From Camelus dromedarius (Eukaryota), in NCBI RefSeq assembly GCF_036321535.1, contig NC_087436.1, positions 2,914,001-2,978,000 on the forward strand: a DNA stretch of 64,000 bases. The letters run 5' to 3'. The notes below the pieces were generated by a model that worked only from the letters and a program-made list of their open reading frames with translations, made no database searches and had not been told where the DNA came from. Numbering within the stretch: position 1 is the stretch's first letter; each line of letters starts with the position of its first letter. The translations under genes and the position numbers were made by a program. This document shows, piece by piece, positions 62,801 to 64,000 of the stretch.

Positions 62801-64000
62801 CATTCATCTATCACAAAGAGAGCGGGTTGCAGGAGAAACTTTTACTCTGGTTTCTCAGTCTATTTCCTAGTGCCGGTTGGAAGTTCCCGCAGTTTTCACT
62901 GTAAAACCGAGTTGGAGCTAGTACCTCCCCATATATAAGTTTGGAGTGGAGTTTGCAACTGAAAAGAAACTTTGTGTTCCCAACAAGCTAGTTGAAGGAC
63001 GGCATTCACACAAAATTATCTCTCAGAACTGAGCATGTGGAGAGACGTTCGTTCATCTTGCAAAAAGGGAACTGTTTGCAGGAGAAATTTTACTCTGGTT
63101 TCTCAGTCTGTTTCCTAGAACCGGTTTGATTTTCCTGCAGTTTTCACTGTAAAACCGAGTTGGAGCTAGTACCTCCCCATATATATGTATGGAGTAGAGT
63201 ATGCCAATGAAAAGAATCTTTGTGTTCCCAAGAAGCTTTGCGAAAGACGGCTTTCACACACACTTATCTCTCAGAACTGAGCATGTGGAGAGACATTCAT
63301 TCATCTAGCACAAAGAGAACGTGTTGCAGGAGAAACTTTTACTCTGGTTTCTCAGTCTATTTCCTAGTGCCGGTTTGAAGTTCCTGCAGGTTTCACTGTA
63401 AAACCGAGTTGGAGCTAGTACCTCCCCATATATATGTATGGATTGGAGTTTGCAACTGAAAAGAAACTTTGTGTTCCCAACAAGCTAGTTGAAGGACGGC
63501 TTTCACACAAAATTATCTCTCAGAACTGAGCATGTGGAGAGACGTTCGTTCATCTAGCACTAAGGAAACGGTTTGCAGGAGAAACTTTTACTCTGGGTTC
63601 TCATTCTGTTTCCTAGTGCCAGTTTGAAGTTCCTGCAGTTTTTACTGTAAATACGAGTTGGAGCTTGTACATTCCCATATATAAGTATGGATTGGGGTTT
63701 GCAACTGAAAAGAAACTTTGTGTTCCATACAAGCTAGGTGAAGGAAGGCATTCACACACAGTTAACTCTCAGAATTGAGCATGTGGAGAGACGTTCGTTC
63801 ATCTAGCACAAAGGAAACTTGTTGCAGTGGAAACTTTATTTGTGGTTTCTCAGTCTGTTTCTTTGTACCGGTTTGAAGTTCCTTAATTTTCACTGTAAAA
63901 CCGAGTTGGATCTAGTACATCCCCATATATATGTATGGAGTGGAGTTTGCAAATGAAAAGAAACCTTGTGTTCCCAAGAATCTTTGTGAAAGACGGCTTT
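59878..64000. repeat. Distinct satellite subfamily with a 7-mer (1740 bp) higher-order period
   Basis: New motifs absent from the core: CCTAGAACCGG, CTTTGCGAAAG, GCCAGTTTG/AAATACGAG, GTTAACTC, CTTTGTACCGG. 61371-62260 recurs at 63111-64000 (offset 1740-1741). Confidence 0.85.

Larger units (their letters stand above)
1..64000. repeat. Tandem satellite DNA array, 249-bp consensus monomer, ~257 copies, all in one orientation (centromeric/pericentromeric-type; family not identified)
   Basis: The unit TTTCCTAGTGCCGGTTTGAAGTTCCTGCAGTTTTCACTGTAAAACCGAGTTGGAGCTAGTACCTCCCCATATATATGTATGGAG...GAACTGAGCATGTGGAGAGACGTTCGTTCATCTAGCACAAAGGGAACGGGTTGCAGGAGAAACTTTTACTCTGGTTTCTCAGTCTG recurs every 247-249 bp (starts at 1, 249, 497 ... 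5709, 5958, 6207, 6456 ...) to the window end with no foreign sequence. The centromeric location is an inference from architecture only. Confidence 0.99.

Noticed and set aside
79..62904. About 75 short ORFs (60-156 aa) on both strands, e.g. MQEKPLLWFLSLFPS... and MLDERTSLHMLSS...
   Set aside because: They are chance open frames of the satellite monomer. Most copies are broken by stops and 1-bp indels, many use non-ATG starts, they overlap on opposite strands and show no recognisable domain. I used them only as offset markers.
1..64000. CRISPR array or integron-like repeat-spacer system
   Set aside because: There are no unique spacers or cassettes; the entire 249 bp is homologous between units, and no cas or integrase gene is present.
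1..64000. Tandem RNA gene cluster (5S rRNA, tRNA, snRNA)
   Set aside because: I recognised no 5S, tRNA or snRNA sequence, and variation is spread across the unit without a conserved gene plus variable spacer.
1..64000. Assignment to a named satellite (alpha 171 bp, mouse major 234 bp, horse 221 bp) or to a species
   Set aside because: The monomer length differs from these and I do not recognise the sequence. A Dfam/Repbase/nt search is needed.
1..64000. Transposon insertions or strand inversions within the array
   Set aside because: None seen. Monomer phase and orientation are continuous from start to end.

Overview
The whole 64 kb window is one uninterrupted, single-orientation, head-to-tail tandem satellite array of about 257 monomers. 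The consensus monomer is 249 bp, and individual copies are mostly 247-249 bp. I found no credible gene, RNA gene, transposon insertion or inversion; every listed ORF is a chance frame of the monomer. The architecture is typical of eukaryotic centromeric or pericentromeric satellite, but I cannot name the family or the organism. By reading diagnostic variants I sorted the monomers into about 24 recurrent classes (letters are my own labels). The core (about 3.2-57.4 kb) is a mosaic of higher-order repeats (HORs), not one fixed HOR. It holds local 5-, 6-, 8-, 9-, 11- and 16-mer units, many nested in two successive ~10 kb tandem duplications. All appear derivable from an inferred ~24-mer by in-register deletions that leave chimeric monomers. 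Both ends are more diverged. From about 59.9 kb a different monomer set with a 7-mer (1740 bp) period begins. The monomer has no canonical CENP-B box but is dense in short dyad symmetries. Typing was done by eye, and periods were cross-checked against offsets between repeated ORFs.
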